A DNA stretch of 63,242 nt, counting the filler, from an uncultured bacterium (lineage in GTDB: Bacteria; CAYJRR01): the NCBI GenBank assembly GCA_964372275.1. It is 2 parts of 2 records of this genome, joined end to end, with 100 filler letters (N's around TTAATTAATTAA, not from the genome) between each part and the next. Parts side by side here need not be neighbours in the genome. Positions count along the whole stretch, not along the records: positions 31,999 to 63,242 come from CAYJRR010000050.1; 1 more part is not named here. The stretch is one strand, 5' to 3'. This document shows positions 60,956-63,242 of the stretch, piece by piece. The notes under the pieces are model-generated. The model made no database searches and was not told the origin of the DNA. It saw only the letters and a program-made list of their open reading frames with translations. The position numbers and the translations under genes are program-made. Position 1 is the stretch's first letter. Each line of letters starts with the position of its first letter.

Positions 60956-61581
60956 CAGTGGATCCTCACGATCACGCGGCGGTGGCGGGCGAGCCGGTGC
61001 TCCTCGCCGAGCCCGGCCAGCTCCGTCTCCGGCAGCGGCTTGGTGTCGGCGTACCCCTCGACGCGCACGCGGTCCCGCGGAATCCCGACGTCCTCCAGCC
61101 GCTGGCGCACCACGATCGCCCGCGCGCTGGAGAGCTCCCAGTTGGTCGCGAAGGGACTCCCCTTGGAGACCGGCATCACGTCGGTGTGACCCTCGACGGC
61201 GAAGGAGTAGCGGTTCGAATAGGGGGTCAGCAGTTGCAGCATCGAGGCGACCGTCGCCTCCAGGTCCGGTCGGATGTTCGCCCGCCCGGAGTCGAAGACC
61301 AGCCCCGAGTTCAGCGACAGCTCCAGACCGTCGGGCGTCTCGTCGGTGCGGACCAGCTCCTGAAGCTGGCGCTTCGCGATCTCGGCGTCGATCTCCTTGC
61401 GGATCGACGCGAGGCTCTGGGGGCTCTCCGCCCCCGACAGGCTCTTCACGATCTGCTGCATCCGACCCTTGCTCAGGTTCGCCGCGGTCAACAGCACGAC
61501 GAAGAAGAGGAGCAGGTTGGTGATGAGGTCGGCGTAGCTCAGGAGCCAGCTCTCCTCGTGTCCTTTGGCTCTCCGTTCCAT
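60955..61581 (-). CDS. motB: MotB-type stator B subunit
   Basis: WLLSYADLIT TM helix with the conserved Asp, plug-like helix, OmpA-type domain EGHTD...NWELSSARA...GYADTKP...RRV. Confidence 0.92.
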   Translation of the reverse strand: MERRAKGHEESWLLSYADLITNLLLFFVVLLTAANLSKGRMQQIVKSLSGAESPQSLASIRKEIDAEIAKRQLQELVRTDETPDGLELSLNSGLVFDSGRANIRPDLEATVASMLQLLTPYSNRYSFAVEGHTDVMPVSKGSPFATNWELSSARAIVVRQRLEDVGIPRDRVRVEGYADTKPLPETELAGLGEEHRLARHRRVIVRIH

Positions 61582-62319
61582 CTATCCGACCCGCGTCTCC
61601 GGTCGGAACTGGCTGGCGCTGCGCGCGACCAGCTCGTTCGCCGTCTTCTCGCACCGTTCCAGGAATCCGAGCCGCTCGTCGAGCAGCCCGTTCAGGAAGT
61701 GCCCGACCGGCCCGGCGACGCCTGCGCCGAACGAGACGCCGTAGAGCGTCGCCAGCAGCGCCAGCGACATCGCCGCGCCGATGTTCAGGTCGTCGGTGTT
61801 CATCTTGCTGAACAGCTGCACCATGCCGGTGATCGTCCCCACCATCCCGAACGCCGGACCCAGCTTGGAGAGCATCTCCCAGTTGTTGATCGCCGGCTGC
61901 CAGTAGGCGATCTCGGCGTGCCGGAGCTCCAGGAAGACCTTCGCGCTCGCCACCTCCGGCGCGCGGTTCACCGCCAGGTCGAGGATCTGCTTGATCGCGG
62001 CGAAGCGGCTTTTCTCCGCCAGCGCCAGCGCCTGGCTGCGCTTCCCTTCGTGCCAGAGCTGGCTCAGCTGATCCCGCTCCGCCTCCATCGTCCGGCTCTC
62101 GGTCCCGAAGGTGCGAAGGCCGGGGATGATCTCCTTGAGGCAGAGCACCGTGCGCCAGGCGGTGGTGTGGCTGGAGCTGGCGAGCACCGCGGCGGTCGAG
62201 CCGACCAGCACCATCACCAGGGCGTGCAGGTCGAACGCCGAGACGGTGTGGGTGCTGCCCCGGTCGGTGAAACCGAGCCAGACGACGAAGGCGAGCAAGA
62301 CGAATCCGATGAGTTGCAA
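61582..62319 (-). CDS. motA: MotA-type stator A subunit
   Basis: GAGGAGG RBS plus TTG at 62319; four TM helices; GPAFGMVGTITGMV and IGAAMSLALLATLYG. Confidence 0.9.
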   Translation of the reverse strand: MQLIGFVLLAFVVWLGFTDRGSTHTVSAFDLHALVMVLVGSTAAVLASSSHTTAWRTVLCLKEIIPGLRTFGTESRTMEAERDQLSQLWHEGKRSQALALAEKSRFAAIKQILDLAVNRAPEVASAKVFLELRHAEIAYWQPAINNWEMLSKLGPAFGMVGTITGMVQLFSKMNTDDLNIGAAMSLALLATLYGVSFGAGVAGPVGHFLNGLLDERLGFLERCEKTANELVARSASQFRPETRVG

Positions 62320-62336
62320 GCGATCCTCCTCGTGCT

Positions 62337-62969
62337 CTACGGCTGGGTCTTCTGCAGCTCCTCGAGCTTCTTCCGCACCGCCGGGTCGCTCTCGATCGAC
62401 TCCACCTCTTCGTAGATCTCGATCGCCTTCTCCCGCTCCCCCATCATCAGCAGCAGCGACGCCTTGGCCCGCAGGAACTCCGGATGCGACGGGTAGCGTT
62501 GCAGCACCGTCTCGCACCACTCCAGCCCCAGCGGGTAGTTCCCCCCCTTGATCGACTCCTGCATCAGCGCGCGCGCCCGGGTGATGCTCACCTCCGGCGC
62601 ATCCTGGTCGATGCGTAAGCCCCGGGCGCGGTAGGCCTCGACCAGCGCGCCGTCGGCGCGGGTCGGCGGCGGCGGCACCACCCGCGTCGCCGGGATCGTC
62701 TTCACGTTCTTGCTGCCGGCGCCGTGCTCGATGACGATCCGCTGTCCGCTGGCCAGCACCGGCAGGTCGACCTCGGTGATGAGGCTTCCGTCGTTCCAGC
62801 GGACCTTCATCACCGTCGTCGACCCGAAACCGAACGGCCGCGCCAGCGTCCCCTCCTCCTTGAGCGCGGGGTTCTTCTGCGCCGGCGGCTCGACCAGGTA
62901 GTAGGTGTAGTTGCGCGCCGCGCAGGAGACGAGCGGAACGGAGAGGAGCAGGAGGATCGTTTTCTTCAT
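62337..62969 (-). CDS. Lipoprotein with a C-terminal TPR
   Basis: MKKTILLLLSVPLVS-C lipobox; YPSHPEFLRAKASLLLMMGEREKAIEIYEE TPR. Confidence 0.78.
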   Translation of the reverse strand: MKKTILLLLSVPLVSCAARNYTYYLVEPPAQKNPALKEEGTLARPFGFGSTTVMKVRWNDGSLITEVDLPVLASGQRIVIEHGAGSKNVKTIPATRVVPPPPTRADGALVEAYRARGLRIDQDAPEVSITRARALMQESIKGGNYPLGLEWCETVLQRYPSHPEFLRAKASLLLMMGEREKAIEIYEEVESIESDPAVRKKLEELQKTQP

Positions 62970-63242
62970 GGGAGGAAGGGGAGGAACGAGCTGTTGAGGA
63001 GCGAAACGCCGACGCCGTAGCGGCCGTTGGTCGAGGCCGAGAGCGTGAGGCCGTAGTTCGACTGGGCGATCGGAATCCGGGCGATGAAGACGGCGGTGAG
63101 CAGCGGGTCGAGGATCTCGGTGTTGTCTTCGGTGATGCTGCGCACCAGCGCGGTCGGGAAGCTCATCAGCACCTTCCCCCCCACCAGCACGTTCCGTGCG
63201 CTCGGCACCGCGCGGTAGTAGCCGCCGCCGATCCACATCACC
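62966..63242 (-). CDS. 3' end of a hypothetical protein (possible beta-barrel); 5' part outside the window
   Basis: Open frame with amphipathic strands (YGLTLSAST, YGVGVSLL); ATGA overlap with the next gene. Confidence 0.6.
   Translation of the reverse strand, partial: VMWIGGGYYRAVPSARNVLVGGKVLMSFPTALVRSITEDNTEILDPLLTAVFIARIPIAQSNYGLTLSASTNGRYGVGVSLLNSSFLPFLP

Noticed and set aside
60955-62319. Zorya (ZorAB) anti-phage system
   Set aside because: The A subunit is a compact 245-aa MotA without the long ZorA tail, no ZorC/D/E helicase or nuclease is visible, and a FliG-like partner is present instead.
53630-63242. Ordinary flagellar gene cluster
   Set aside because: No recognisable export, rod, hook, filament, FliM/N or chemotaxis genes flank motAB in the window. 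The upstream part is unseen, so this rejection is provisional.

Overview
High-GC bacterial draft or metagenomic sequence (roughly 70% GC by eye). Gene content suggests a delta-proteobacterial or Myxococcota-like organism (inference). Two contigs are joined by an artificial N-TTAATTAATTAA-N linker at 31899-31998, so the halves need not be adjacent. The left contig holds a 5'-nucleotidase, a TonB-dependent receptor/lipoprotein/M16 peptidase operon, a surface-sorted matrixin protease with a CPBP protease, and gdh. It continues with three tandem monoheme cytochrome lipoproteins, an M16/Hsp33/tdk operon, glnD, a peptidoglycan hydrolase cluster and a truncated multiheme cytochrome. The right contig holds clpX, a xanthine-dehydrogenase-family operon ending in a nitrilase homolog that lacks all three catalytic residues, a DUF1501 pair, mocA/xdhC, citrate synthase, lon, tRNA-Val/tRNA-Asp and an integrase remnant. 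The best candidate for an undescribed system is the closely spaced or overlapping minus-strand operon at 53630->63242. It encodes a flagellar-type MotA/MotB stator, a single protein that looks like a natural minimal FliF-FliG (S-ring plus C-ring rotor) fusion, lipoproteins, a TPR-like protein, outer-membrane beta-barrel proteins and a TonB-C-like protein. No export apparatus, axial or switch genes are visible, so this may be a non-flagellar trans-envelope rotary machine. All family calls come from motifs recognised by eye; no database searches were run.
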